In this document: piece after piece, positions 12,509 through 24,842 of the stretch
Numbering within the stretch: position 1 is the first letter of the stretch
Layout: every line of letters starts with the position of its first letter
Origin: Rhizodiscina lignyota
Taxonomy: Eukaryota
Reading direction: 5' to 3'
Length of the DNA: 64,000 nt
Assembly (NCBI GenBank): GCA_010015805.1
Contig: ML978127.1
Coordinates: 868,001-932,000, forward strand
Notes under the pieces: model-generated
Told to the model about the DNA's origin: nothing
Seen by the model: the letters and a program-made list of their open reading frames with translations, nothing else
Database searches by the model: none
Program-made: the position numbers and the translations under genes

Positions 12509-14149
12509 ATGGTCTACCAACTCACCTACCGTCGCCCAGCCTATCATACTGCTTCCAGTGCCTCCCTCAGTGGCCTGGAGAAGCAGCAATCAATCGATGA
12601 GTCCGTCAACTCTGGCAGTTCGGGCATGTCCCATGGTATCCCCGAGGCCCTTTCGTTCGACCGCATCATTGCTGGAGGCGTCTGTCCGGTAAGTGTGGTT
12701 TCTCTCGTCTTCTCCTATTTCCTTGTGTTCATGCTGTGCAACATCATATTCCACCCGAGGCCACGGTCGTGTCCTTTGTTACACTTACTTCATCCACTTT
12801 ATTGGGATTCGATGGCATGCCATTGGTAGCGGAAATTTTGCTGACGTGACTTGCTATAGCCATGCACAGTTCGCGAATTCATGAACTATCTCAAGTACAT
12901 CGAGCATGCGGCCGAGAATCTGCAATTCTTCCTGTGGCACAGGGATTACACACGGCGTTTCGAGGCACTACCAGCGTCGGAGCGGAAGCTCTCGCCAGAA
13001 TGGACCTTGCAGCAAGCCGAAGCCGAAGCCCTCGCAGCACAAACTCAGCCCCGGGCCCGCGCGAAGAAAATCAGTCCTGAGGCTGTTGCTGTGTTCAAAG
13101 GCACCGACTTTGAATCAAAGCCCAAAGTTAACGAGTCGGAGAAGGCTAATCCGTTCCACACGCCACCAAGGACGCCATCGTCGGAGAGTAAGCGGATGGA
13201 GGATATGCGGTCCATGGACCAGTCGACCCGCACCTCAAAGTCAATTTATCAGAGGAAGGCCGAAGGTGCATTCGATGATGCCGGTCTGAAATGGCAGCCC
13301 TGTACGCCTGCTGATTTCTTTTCTGTAACTGATGTCAATGCATCCGGCTGACATTAGCTCCCTGTAGTCACGGTTCAACCTTACCGCGAAGAAATCGCTC
13401 GCATCATCACCATCTACATCGCCGACGGTGGTTCCCGCCAGCTCAACCTTTCAGCTCGTGAACGCACAGCCCTTCTCCATGCACTCGAGAATACCACGCA
13501 CCCGTCTGCATTGCAGAGTGTGGTCACGACTGTCGAGTGGTCACTGCGATGCCAGGCTCACCCCAATTTCATCCGCTGGACCATCTGCAATGGCAACCGT
13601 CCTCGCGTCGTTTTCGCCCGCGGTCTTGGCATTGGCGGAATCGTTGCAGGTATCATTGCCGGTATTCTCATTACCCTAAGCAGCGCAGGTAGGGCGTGGC
13701 GCGTGCTGAGCATGATTGGGTTTATGATCGGAACTGCGACGCTGATTGCAGCTTGGAAGGGCATGTGCGTGGTATGTTGCTGCACCATCTTTCCTTCCTA
13801 GCTTTTTTCGTACTGAGTTCTTTGGCAGGTCCTGCATGGCATGCATCACCGTCACCTCCGGCCTTGGGAGCTTTTTGTCGAAGGCGATGACATCTCCGGC
13901 GTAGAGATGAAAAATGACAGCCTGAGCACCCTTGCATCAACCAACAGCTACGAAGACGAGCCATGGGTTGCAAAGTATGAGAAGCGTAACATCGTGCGCA
14001 AGGTCTTCGACCGCGAGGTCTGGATCGAGGAGCCCGCGCTTCGCCAGATTCAGGACACCATCTTCCTTCAAGCGATGCTTGGTGCCTTCTTGGTCAGCGC
14101 TGTTTTCGTTGGCATCTTCTGCGCCGTGCCGAAGGGTAACTTTTATTGA
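12509..14149 (+). CDS. Fungal RGS-domain membrane protein (3 introns; first 12689-12859)
   Basis: CPPCTVREFMNYLKYIEHAAENLQFFLW, QPYREEIARIITIYIADGGSRQLNLS and HPNFIRW are RGS-box-like; three C-terminal hydrophobic segments. Confidence 0.8.
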
Positions 14150-14676
14150 GCTCGCTGCTGCTTTGAACTGCGGTATCGAGCCATACTGCCATGGTGTTAC
14201 ACGATCGGTTTTCACGACTGCCTTGCTTCAATTCAGGGACCCTTGCTGACGGCGTCTTCTCCATGGTGTGGCATTTCTAGACTATTAGTCGCAAAAAGCT
14301 TCTTGAAGATATTATTAGGCGCAAGTCGACGCGGACAGTTTCTTCGGATAGATATGGATAGCGAATCCGGTGGGAAGTGTTCGCAGATCTCTGTCGTTCT
14401 TCGGTTGCTTCTTGCGTCTCACTGGGACATACTCTTCATCCCGCTTCATTGTCGTATGTATATTTTGGACCAGTTATAGCGAAGCAAAATCCTAGTGTTA
14501 TATTAATGAAACGCGGCTGCGTCTGCATGATGATGCCTTAATACGCCTTCGCTATGCTGTTAATTTAACATGTCTGATGCCATCACCAGTTTGAGTATAC
14601 TCGGCCGCTAATGCCCATAACGCCAGTTTTTGCATGAAAGTCGTGAAAACCCCGGTATTGCTCGCGCGTCCGAGCC

Positions 14677-16602
14677 TCAAGACATTCTTCGAATCTTATG
14701 AGGAGGCTCTCCATCGTCATCCTTGCTTGAATCCTTCAATTCCCAGTTGCGCCTCGAGGTGCCCTCAGCAGACACCTCTTTATCCTCCCCTTTCTCCTCC
14801 TCCTCGACCTTGGGACGAGGGGCAAATTCACGCTTCGAGATTGACATTGAAACAAGCACCCTCTCCTTATGTTTCCCGACTTCGATTTCTTTGATGTCCT
14901 CCTTTTTCTTATCCTGCTCATTCGTCGTCTTCTTTGCTGCATCTTCCTTACTCTTGTTGCTGTCCTTCTCATCGCTCTTGCTCTTTTCTTTTTCCTTCTT
15001 TTCCTCAACTTCTTCCTCCTCAGCTTCTGTGAACTCCCACATCTCCTTCAATTCTCCACGGACAGCACCAGCCAGCAGTAGCGACAGCAATACTCCAGGC
15101 ACAAGGTAGAGCAATGCAGGCTGCGCATGGTGGAAGACATGCATCACACCAAGAGTAGTCAAGAGGCCAAGCAGATAGCCAGCAACCGAGGCATGGAAGT
15201 ATGGCTTTGGAAATGTGGTCTCGTCGTACTTCGAAAGTGGCGACGAGGTATCAATTACGGGAATTAGAAACCGTCCCGTCCAAGAATGACTCCAAAATGC
15301 GTCCCCCCATTTTCCTGAAAGGGTTGTATATGGATCCTTGATGACTACCGTGTCGTACCCGACGCGACCTTGCTCGTCGATGGTCGCTGGCTTTTGCAGC
15401 TTCCTTTGTTTCTTGAGGTAGAACATGTACAGATCGAATCGCAAAGCTAGTCCAATCATGATTCCGGGGAGGACAACGTCGCCCAAGCCTAGCATCGCGT
15501 GCGTGCGCTTCGCCTGTTCCGGTGGCACGCCTGGTTCTGGCGGGCGTGGGAAGAGCAGCTTGATCGGAATGTCGAGGGACTTTGCGACGGTGACCATCAT
15601 GGGACTGGGTGTATTGTTAGGAATGGGGTATGATAAAGGAGTATTACTAGGAGTAGGAAGGAGCAGAATGACTGAGGGCTTGACGGGCAGAAGGGTTTCC
15701 AAAGGGACGACATACGTGTAGAAGACGAAGTAAATGTCATAGAAGAAAAGTGCACTCAATATAAGTGCTCCAGTGCCGAAGGTCGTAGGTGACATGAGCT
15801 GAAGTGCACCGTACGAGAATCCGAAACCCATGAGATTGGTGAGCCACCATGGCTTGTCAACCAGATTGAAGTACATCACCGCAACGCCAGCGACAATAGT
15901 GCCAATGAAACCATGGATACCAATGTGAGTGCGAGCGGAGATAACATGACGAGCATAGACTTGGATGGTCCATTTATGCTTTGGTATCTCTCTGAGCGTC
16001 CATAGCACGTTGGTAACGCTGTCTGGGAGTGGCAACTTTGACAGTATGCCGGGCAGAGGTGCCCATGTGATTCGCTGTTTGCCCTTAACATCAGCAACGA
16101 CGCGTCTGCTTAAGTTATCCACCTCCCACGCAACGCCGTCACGCTGGACCCAGATGTTGGGAAAGAGCATCCCGTTGATCCACGCAAGGGCGTCCGCAAC
16201 CAGTCTTGCCACGCTGACAGCTCCAAATACCGCGAAGTACCAATTCAGTATCTTGTTGAGCAGCGCCGGATCCTGGAGCCATTTGATCAAGAAGTAGAGG
16301 CCCGCAAGAGTACATCCAGCAAGGACGGGAAACATGAGCGCGTCCGAGGGGGACAAGCCCTCCATGCGCTGGACCTTGTCCTCTTCATCTTCGTCCTCGT
16401 CTTCTGTTGCATACGATCGCCTCTTGTATATTCCCGATTTCGCGGCGGAGGATGGACGCGAAAGAGATGCATGGGCGCCAGCGTAGATAGGGAAGAGTGC
16501 GGATAATAGGAGGTGCGCGTAGGTTGGGATCAGTGGTTGGACTTCTGAGAAGGCATATGCGATCTGGCCGAATGCTTCAGCGACAGGGCCTGGTTCGGCC
16601 AT
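14677..16602 (-). CDS. sppA: Signal peptide peptidase (peptidase A22B); in-frame intron 15605-15715
   Basis: Catalytic FFYDIYFVF and LGLGD motifs, QPALLYL motif, multiple TM segments. Start placed at MAEPG; an upstream TTG extension in the ORF track is unsupported. Confidence 0.92.
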   Translation of the reverse strand: MAEPGPVAEAFGQIAYAFSEVQPLIPTYAHLLLSALFPIYAGAHASLSRPSSAAKSGIYKRRSYATEDEDEDEEDKVQRMEGLSPSDALMFPVLAGCTLAGLYFLIKWLQDPALLNKILNWYFAVFGAVSVARLVADALAWINGMLFPNIWVQRDGVAWEVDNLSRRVVADVKGKQRITWAPLPGILSKLPLPDSVTNVLWTLREIPKHKWTIQVYARHVISARTHIGIHGFIGTIVAGVAVMYFNLVDKPWWLTNLMGFGFSYGALQLMSPTTFGTGALILSALFFYDIYFVFYTYVVPLETLLPVKPSVILLLPTPSNTPLSYPIPNNTPSPMMVTVAKSLDIPIKLLFPRPPEPGVPPEQAKRTHAMLGLGDVVLPGIMIGLALRFDLYMFYLKKQRKLQKPATIDEQGRVGYDTVVIKDPYTTLSGKWGDAFWSHSWTGRFLIPVIDTSSPLSKYDETTFPKPYFHASVAGYLLGLLTTLGVMHVFHHAQPALLYLVPGVLLSLLLAGAVRGELKEMWEFTEAEEEEVEEKKEKEKSKSDEKDSNKSKEDAAKKTTNEQDKKKEDIKEIEVGKHKERVLVSMSISKREFAPRPKVEEEEKGEDKEVSAEGTSRRNWELKDSSKDDDGEPPHKIRRMS

Positions 16603-17477
16603 TATCGGAGATGGCTTGAGTGAGTGAGACGCAATCCAAAGCTGCAATCGTTGTAGAAAAGCCAAAGAAAAGACAAAGAGTTATGTAGACGAGCTTGTTT
16701 GTCGCTGTTTGCCAGGGGAGGCGCTTGGGATGAAAGCTGTTCGGAATTTCCCCATGGCGCGCTAAAGGCGGGCCGGCCCGTCGACAGGGATGTCAAGCGC
16801 GATGACGAAAATTTGATCTGGCTCCGTCCTCTTTCGACATCATGCCCATTCCCAATCCTGGAGAGTATGCTGGACGACGGCACGAATAACACAAATACGA
16901 ATTTATCCAGGTCTTATTGTGAAGTTCACTACTTAAGCTCTAGGATCCTCTTCCTCCTCTAACTCCGCCAATTCCGCGCACTGAACTTTGTCGATGCGTT
17001 GACAGTTTGCTCTGCCTTGCAAAGAGCTACGTGGAAGAAACAACGCCGATTTCGCTATTCTAGCAGCTCGAATGTTGAGATGTGGAAATAAATTGCCTAA
17101 CATTGCGCCCGTAGTCACAAAGTGGAAGCATGGATTTTCCATCTTCGCGTCCACCATGCTCTGATAGCGGTGCTGCAGGAAACTCCAGAAGTCAAGTGGG
17201 CTCAAGTCCGCCGGAAGGGTGTGGTCAACATTTGGATATGAACTCTTGCTACCTTTCAAGAGTTTTGAACCTGCTCAAAGGCCGACGGCAATCATTACCA
17301 TATCTTTTTCATTCTTAAGCATCTCTCGTCCTGGTGCCTTTAGACAGTTAATGGGCGCATTGTTTCGCATCATTGGTAGTGTGAGAGATGGGTCGTGACT
17401 TTGTGTGTGTGCACCTAATAGATAATATATGCGACAATGCCCTTACATACAGGTCAACTTTTCAAGAGCGCGGTGAA

Positions 17478-19139
17478 TTATGATACAGATTTGAGAATGC
17501 CCTCCAAGTTGATGCTCTTTGGCCGCTCAATTGGCAAGCCAAGCGCCCTGTCCCAGATCAACTGCGCAAGGGGACCAAGACCGCGGCTTACGCCAAATGT
17601 AGCAGTGTAGTACAGAGTCTCCTTGAAGCCGTAGTGGTGGAAGAGGACGCCAGAGGAAGAGTCGACGTTCGGGAAAGGGTTCTTTGTCTGGGGAGAATGT
17701 CAGCGAGAGGGCGGTTAATGGGACACCAGAAGGGTCCACTCACCTTTCCATGCTCAGTCAGAACACCAGGAGCAATTTCAGAGTTCTTCTTCACGAGCTG
17801 GAATACTGGATCCGCGGCAATTTCCGGTCGGGCAGATGCGAAGTCCATCAGCGCCTCGAAACGAGGATCCGGCTTCCTCAATACAGCATGGCCGTAGCCC
17901 GGAATGACGCGCCCAGACTTCAGAGTGGTCCAGAGGTAATCTGTAACTTCCTTATCGGTGAAGGACGTGCCAATCTGCTCCTGCATCTGGATGATCCAGC
18001 GCAACACTTCCTGCGCAGCCAGACCGTGGAGAGGACCAGCCAGACCTTGCAGACCAGCGCTGTAACTCAAGAAGGGATCGCTGAGAGCGCTGCCAACAAG
18101 ATGTGTGGCATGAGCAGAGACATTACCGCCCTCATGATCACCATGAAGAGCAAGATACAGCCTCAGGAGGTCTTGGAAGCCTTCGTTCTCCTTACCACCC
18201 TTGCCCAACATAGCAGCAAAATTGTAAGACCAGTCCTGCTCCAAATCGACCTGAGCCGGGAGAGCTCCACCGCCGCGATAAGCGTTCTGATATATCTTTG
18301 CGGCAATTGTGGGGAGCTTGGCCAGCAGACTGATACAGTCGTCGAAGGTAGGCTCCCAATAATCAGCCTTGTTCAGTCCCTGTTCGTAGGCTTTGGCAAA
18401 GACGGAGGTATAGTTCAGTGCAGAGACTGCACATGCGAATTGGGTCATGGGGTGAAGGTCTTTGGGGAAGTCATCGAGCATCTTCTCAACGAACGCGGGT
18501 ATTGAAGCCTTCTCTGCCAGCTCGCGAGAGAGCTTTCGGACCTGGTTGACTGTCGGGACTTCGCCGGTCAGTAGCAGCCAGAACATCGATTCTGGCAACA
18601 TCTCTGTTCCGGAAGGGCCCTTAGGCAGCTCTTTCTGGCAGTCCTTGATAGTACGACCGTGGAAACGGATACCCTCATTAGCGTCGAGGACCGATCCCTC
18701 CCAAACCATAGCTTTGAGACCTCTGGATATCTGTCAGAACCACCATATAGAGGTCCGCAAACCAATTGGCCATCGTTACGCACCTCATGCCACCAAGAGT
18801 GTTCTCAACCTTGACATCCCCTAACTTCTTATCTGACAGGGCCTTGACCTTCTTCAGGAGCTCGCGTTTCGCCGGAATTGCCTTCTTCATCGTCTCCTTC
18901 AAGTCCGGCTCGGCCGACGACGCGTATGCGCGCTTGCTGTCCCATACTGGAGCTGTACACACCGTAAGCCTTTATGCCTGATTTGCGTCGTACGCGTTCG
19001 TTGGAGCTCACCAGCAGCTAGGGGCTTGACGGAGGAAGCCTAACAACATTAGTACAGCCCTTCACAGTAACTTTTCCAGCTCACTACCCACCCTTACCGT
19101 CCTCAACGCTTTCGTCGCGGATCGAGCAGTCAATGCCAT
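17478..19139 (-). CDS. mcsA: 2-methylcitrate synthase (citrate synthase family), mitochondrial, multi-exon
   Basis: Citrate synthase motifs [56 protein letters not shown]-terminal presequence [13 protein letters not shown]; divergent partner is a methylisocitrate lyase. Confidence 0.85.
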
Positions 19140-19721
19140 CGTCGTGCTTGTGCTCCTGAAGCTCGGACTATGTGGGGAAATCCGGGGTAGGTGGTCAATG
19201 GCCTCTCGAAGGTGAGAAGACTGCTCGTAGGAGTGAGCTGAATTGGGCTTATATGATTTCGCAAGACACCAATGACGTCCAACGGTCGTTCAAAAGGGTC
19301 TTCACGAGACTGGAGATTTTTCTCGCGTTTCATCCAATGCTCATGCAAGCTGCATTGGTAGCTTGGTTTGAAGCTCGGCTTCCGTCGGGGTCCCTCGGTT
19401 GAGCTTTGCCGGAGTAACGGAGGCTTGCCTTTTCCTGACTCGTCAACCTCACCTCAACACAGCTCTGCCATGAATGAGAAAAGGTCAAGCTCGGTCACAT
19501 CGGGTGTGATCACATTTCTGAGCCACTTCTCCCTGAGACCGCCGTGATCGGTGACGCCGAAGGGTAGTTCTTCTCCGACATTCGGCCGCCTCTCACAAAG
19601 CACGACTTGAGGACATCTTCCATTGCTAAGCTGAGGCAAGGCGTGTTTTGAGCCTCAATATATGATTGAGTTGGGAGACTTTCTCAGCTCGGTAGGACAG
19701 TTGTAAAATACAGACGTCAAC
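19140..19721. promoter_or_regulatory. Bidirectional promoter of mcsA/mclA with a CCTCGG (FarA/FarB-type) site at 19393-19398 and several CGG pairs
   Basis: Head-to-head gene arrangement; motif read directly. Function is inferred from Aspergillus fatty-acid regulons. Confidence 0.5.
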
Positions 19722-21696
19722 ATGTTACGGACAGCTTGTAGAGCAGCAGCACGATCAAGCAGGTCCGGACTCAGACCAAGAGTCGTCGCCAAACAATACA
19801 TACGGCCCCTGTCCGTCTCAATACCTCGCATGTCTGGTCCTCTTCCTACAGTAGAACCCCTGGTGTCTTCGACACTCCCAAGCGACTCCTTCCAGCTCCT
19901 CTCTACCGAAGCGAAAGCAGGTGCCGCCGAAGATGCCCTATTTGACGCAGAGGTTCAACAGGTGAAGGAATGGTGGCAGACTCCTCGATATGCTGGAATC
20001 AAGAGGCCGTACACAGCAGAAGATGTCGTTGCAAGGAGGGGTACTCTGCAGCAGACGTATCCAAGCTCGTTGATGGCACGAAAGTTGTTCAACCTATTCG
20101 AGGAGAGGGCGAAGGAGGGCAAGCCAGTACATACCAGTGCGTTATATCCTCCATTGAAATGCTTCATTATGTTTAAACTACGACTGACATGTCCTATTCT
20201 TGTGACAGTGGGTGCCATTGATCCCGTCCAGATGACTCAACAAGCTCCAAACCAAGAAATCCTGTATATCTCAGGCTGGGCCTGTAGCTCCGTCCTCACG
20301 ACTACGAACGAAGTCTCCGCTGATTTCGGCGATTATCCGTATAACACTGTCCCCAATCAAGTCCAACGCTTGTTCAAAGCCCAACAGCTACACGACCGTA
20401 AGCAGTGGGATGTCAGGCGAAAGCTGTCTGCAGAAGAAAGGGCCAAGACACCATACACCGACTATATGAGACCAATTGTTGCAGATGGAGATACTGGTCA
20501 TGGTGGTCTCTCTGCGGTGTTGAAGTTGGCAAAGCTATTCGCCGAGAACGGCGCTGCAGCTGTGCACTTCGAAGATCAGCTGCACGGAGGCAAGAAATGC
20601 GGCCACCTTGCCGGCAAGGTGCTGGTTCCTGTTGGCGAGCACATTAATCGTCTCGTTGCCGCACGCTACCAGTGGGACTTGATGGGGTGTGAGAACCTTG
20701 TCCTTGCGAGAACAGACTCTGAGAGTGGGAAGCTTCTCAGCAGCGCAGTTGACATTAGGGACCACGAGTTCATCTTAGGCGTTACGGAGAACGTGGAGCC
20801 ACTCTCTGAAGCTCTGCAGCGGATGGAAATGGAAGGAGCACCCGGCTCAGAGATTGACATATACGAAGCTGAATGGGTGAAGAAGCACCACCTAGTAACT
20901 TTCGATGAGGGTATGTCAACACTAATATCGGTACTTATATCAAAGGCTAATGGTTACCACAGCTGTTGTTGAGAAACTGAAATCCGTGTCGGCCTCGTCA
21001 GTGGACGCCTACCTTGCCGAAGTCCGCGAGAACCGTAACCTCTCCATCGCGAAGCGCCGCGAGTTGGCCGAGAAATACACAAAGTCACCCGTCTTCTGGT
21101 CCTGGGACATTCCTCGCACTCGCGAAGGCTTCTACCACTACCGTGCAGGTCTCCCCGCAGCGACAAAGCGCGCCATTGAGTTTGCACCGTACGCCGATCT
21201 GCTATGGCTCGAGACTGCAGATCCAAACGTAGAGAAAGCGTCAGGTTTCGCGAAGGAGATCAGAGCAGCAGTGCCAGGAAAGAAACTGGTATACAATCTC
21301 AGCCCAAGCTTCAACTGGATGGGTCACGGATTCACAGAGGAGGCGCTGAAGAGCTTCGTCTGGGATTTGGCCAAGCACGGATTCGTGCTTCAACTCATCT
21401 CTCTTGCTGGGCTACATTCGACGGCAACTATCACAAACGACCTATCAAAGGCATTCAAAGAGGAGGGTATGCTTGCTTACGTCAACTTGGTGCAAAAGCG
21501 AGAGAAGGAGGGTGGTTGCGACGTTTTGACGCACCAGAAGTGGAGTGGTGCCAACTTGGTTGATGGTATGCTCGGCGCCATCCAGAGCGGAAGCAGTGGC
21601 AGCAAGAGCATGGGAGCAGAGAGCACAGAGCATTGTAAGTGACACATTTTTGCCTTTGATGGACTGAGTTGCTGACCTCTTATAACAGCTTTTTAG
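19722..21696 (+). CDS. mclA: 2-methylisocitrate lyase (isocitrate lyase family), mitochondrial, 3 introns
   Basis: [10 protein letters not shown] active-site motif, [36 protein letters not shown]; Arg-rich presequence and no PTS1. Introns 20137-20208, ~20911-20962 and ~21635-21688; final micro-exon ends ...EHSF*. Confidence 0.9.
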
Positions 21697-22138
21697 ATTG
21701 TAAATACTTGGAAATACAAATGTGCATAACTTTCAAACGATAACCAAATTTGATTTGCTACAAAAAGGACCAATCCTAGAATAAGCAAAGCCTTTGAGGT
21801 GGCTCTTGCGCTTATTCAAGGAGCCAACTAGGATAGTGAGATTACTTCTCAGTCTGTGATTCTGCTGTTCTTTATGCTTGATGTTTCCAACGGTCCGCTC
21901 CGCACTGACCGCATATGGTCTCTATTGGTCCAAAGCATTGCTACCATTCAACGGTTATTGATCGCAACCTTTACGACGGTGATGGCGTTTTACTATAATA
22001 ATTTCAGTTTCTCTCCTTTCAAACTTCCCATTGCAAAATACCACATCAAGTACAAGTCATAACTGGCATCAAACATCAAACTCCATCATATACCATCACA
22101 CATACACCATTACACATCTCAACTCATTGTCCGCAACC

Positions 22139-22558
22139 ATGTCGAACTTCTCACAATATCTACACTCACGATTTCCCCCCTCCCCGTCCCATAGCTGGAG
22201 ATGCGGCCTGGAACACCACTGCCTCGGCCAAGAATACTACATTCCAGGCAAGCTTTCAGAGGCCGAACGGAGGCCTCGAATGGCGTGGAACCTGAGGATG
22301 TGCGCAACATGCTTCCAACACCAGTTGGAGCTCAAGAAGAGGGGCATCATCGAAGTGGGTGAGGGGCTGTTGATGATGGACGAGGCGGAGAGTGAGGCGG
22401 AGGACTCGGACGAGGAGGGATACGAGCCAGACGACGAGAAGTCGGTGGGGGAGGAAGAGGGGGAGAGTGATGGGGACTCGGAGGACGAAGGGAGGGGAGG
22501 TGACTGGCCAGAGTGGGATGGGTCGGAGACGACCATGTCGGATGATACGTGGAGATAG
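22139..22558 (+). CDS. Hypothetical small protein, Cys/His-rich N-half and highly acidic C-tail
   Basis: ATG in CAACCATG context; 139 aa; WRCGLEHHC and MCATCFQH; purine-rich acidic coding tail. Confidence 0.5.
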   Translation: MSNFSQYLHSRFPPSPSHSWRCGLEHHCLGQEYYIPGKLSEAERRPRMAWNLRMCATCFQHQLELKKRGIIEVGEGLLMMDEAESEAEDSDEEGYEPDDEKSVGEEEGESDGDSEDEGRGGDWPEWDGSETTMSDDTWR

Positions 22559-22995
22559 CCGCCTGATACCAAGTCAAATGTACAGGCATCTGCGTTAGTC
22601 AATCAAAAGATTTCCCCCAAGTTCAACGCCATTGAGGATGCTCCTCCCATTGTTGTGCTGTATGTTCGACGTGGTTGCACGAATTGGTGTACTCTCTTCA
22701 ATGGCGCGCGACTTAGACGTTACTTGCAAGTTTCGCTCGTGCACACTGCGGTCTTAGTGTTTGACCAGATTACCATTAATATACAGTACATATATGTTGC
22801 ATGCATGTATTGCTGCCTATCTTTCTTCATGTCCCTTGCTCGTACAGTGTAAGTCGAGGCCCTGCAATCGGGGCTCCGGCTGTTGGATATAGGCTGACTC
22901 AACAAAGACGCTCTCTCGCGTTCAACCGGCTCAAGTCGAGCCATTACGTTTCTGTCATTGCATCCGCTTCGCCTCTTCCTCGCTCTCGCACTTCT

Positions 22996-24594
22996 TCATA
23001 TCCATAAAACCGCCCCTTCTTCAAGGAGAGCATCCTGCAGTGCCCCGATATCAACATCGGCCGCTGAGCAACCGTCAAGTAGCGCTATACATGCTGCAAT
23101 TCCTGCCGCTTGGCCCATCGCCATCCAACAAGGCTCCATTCGCAGCGTCGAAAATCCAATGTGGCTTGCGGAGACCGGTACCGGCGCTAGCAAATTCTTA
23201 ATTGGCGAGTCTGGCACAATTACACCGTATGGAACAGTATACGGAACGCACTTGTAGCTGAGGAAGCCATCAAGATGGACTCGACCAGGCTCTCGTTTCC
23301 TTACAGCATGTGAGTCGAGCGCGTAATGGCTGGCAGTAATGCTATCCTTATGCAGAGGAGCTCGACCATCCTCGCCCGGCAAGGCATCGTGTGCCGTGAA
23401 GACATACTTGCCTTTCATACGCCGACCCTCTCGAACATACATCTGTCGTGGAAAGTATCCATTGTCCGTATACTCGTCTGCCGCCCAGCCCCATTCCGAT
23501 ATCTCAGAACGGAACCACTCAGGTAACTCTTCATCATTCTGCGCAAAGTAGAGTAGGCCTTCGGTATAGTCACGCAAACGCTCTGCGAAAGAATCTCTCC
23601 ACGCCCAGCCCGACGTTGAATACGGCCAGTTCTCCTCTGGCAAGTCGGTGGATATCAACGCAAGGTGCTGATTGTTCGCATCCACCTTGTCATTTGGTAC
23701 GCGGTTGTTACTGCAAAGTCGTGCGATGCCTTTGAGTAGATGTGGTATTGGTCGTTCGCCTCGTTCAGCACGACGACGATTTTGCTCGAGCTGTGGAGGC
23801 GATAGTCGATTTTGAGCCCCCGTATGAATCCCACTCTTTACATCGTCGATCAAAGATAAGAACTCCTTTCGATTGTAGTTCTTTGGTTGTTGAAATTTTG
23901 CCCGGTTCGATGCTTTCGCAGTGAGACAGAGTCGGTAGTTGAAAGCTTGTACTGCATTGTCGCCAACATTCGTGGATCCGCTGCACTCCGGTCCGTTCCA
24001 CAGTTTGTAGACGCGGCCAGCTCCTGGCTCGTCGTATATCTCTTTGCCCTCTCGGCCCAAAAAACATGATACCCCAGCAGAAGCCGCGATGATATCACCC
24101 TCGTAAGAGCAATCGCAAAAGAATCGTCCGCTGTAACATTCCTCTCTCTTATTGATTAAGTCAGTGACTCTAATGGACCTGATTGAAGAATGAACGATTT
24201 CGAGGTTATCAGGCTCAAAGTCAAACTGACGCTTCCTCAGAACAATCACGTTCGGATGGCACGCCTGGATGAAGTCGTGGAACACTCGCTCCGCAACATG
24301 CGGTTCAAATTTGTAACCGTCATCGCAATGAGCAACTTGCACAGACTGTGGACCATAGGTTTCGATGTAGTATTGCTTGATACGATCGATGAATTCCTTG
24401 AAGAAGCCGCCGCCACAGGCTCTCGTTGCAATATCGGTCGCTCCAAGACCGTTCGCTGGTAGGCCTCCGATGTGCGCGGTCCGCTCAAGTATCAAAGACG
24501 TGTAGCCCCTGCGAGCCGCTGCAACAGCTGCGGCAATCCCAGCTGGAGTCGCTCCGAGAATGATAAGGTCGAATATATTTCTGTGCACTGTCAT
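22996..24594 (-). CDS. FAD-dependent oxidoreductase (PF12831-type), intronless
   Basis: DLIILGATPAGIAAAVAAARRG dinucleotide fold, DCSYEGD, QAFNYRLCLT, YVREGRRM, SASHIGFSTLRMEP.WMAMGQAAG. Confidence 0.88.
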   Translation of the reverse strand: MTVHRNIFDLIILGATPAGIAAAVAAARRGYTSLILERTAHIGGLPANGLGATDIATRACGGGFFKEFIDRIKQYYIETYGPQSVQVAHCDDGYKFEPHVAERVFHDFIQACHPNVIVLRKRQFDFEPDNLEIVHSSIRSIRVTDLINKREECYSGRFFCDCSYEGDIIAASAGVSCFLGREGKEIYDEPGAGRVYKLWNGPECSGSTNVGDNAVQAFNYRLCLTAKASNRAKFQQPKNYNRKEFLSLIDDVKSGIHTGAQNRLSPPQLEQNRRRAERGERPIPHLLKGIARLCSNNRVPNDKVDANNQHLALISTDLPEENWPYSTSGWAWRDSFAERLRDYTEGLLYFAQNDEELPEWFRSEISEWGWAADEYTDNGYFPRQMYVREGRRMKGKYVFTAHDALPGEDGRAPLHKDSITASHYALDSHAVRKREPGRVHLDGFLSYKCVPYTVPYGVIVPDSPIKNLLAPVPVSASHIGFSTLRMEPCWMAMGQAAGIAACIALLDGCSAADVDIGALQDALLEEGAVLWI

Positions 24595-24828
24595 GGTGGA
24601 TGATATGAATCCAGTGTGGAAGTCGAAATCAACTCCTGCTCAGTAGTTCACCCAAGCTCTTCCAGAAGCATCCCATCGTAATTCCTTTTGAGAAAAATGA
24701 CGAAGACAGACACCGTCTTCTAGGAGCAAGATTGGGCAATGAGCCTGAGATTAATATTCGATAAGGGAGAGTTGTGGGTTGGATGATGCTTCTCAAGTCA
24801 ATTGAGATGAGATGAGGTGGGCATTTCG

Positions 24829-24842
24829 GGGTCACGTGATAT
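24829..24842. promoter_or_regulatory. E-box-containing 14-mer GGGTCACGTGATAT upstream of the FAD oxidoreductase
   Basis: Identical to 26945-26958; contains TCACGTGA. Confidence 0.5.

Noticed and set aside
17684..18505. Long antisense ORFs over mcsA (similar ones over glucokinase, SUB2 and the transporter)
   Set aside because: Shadow ORFs caused by codon bias of the real genes; no recognisable motifs.
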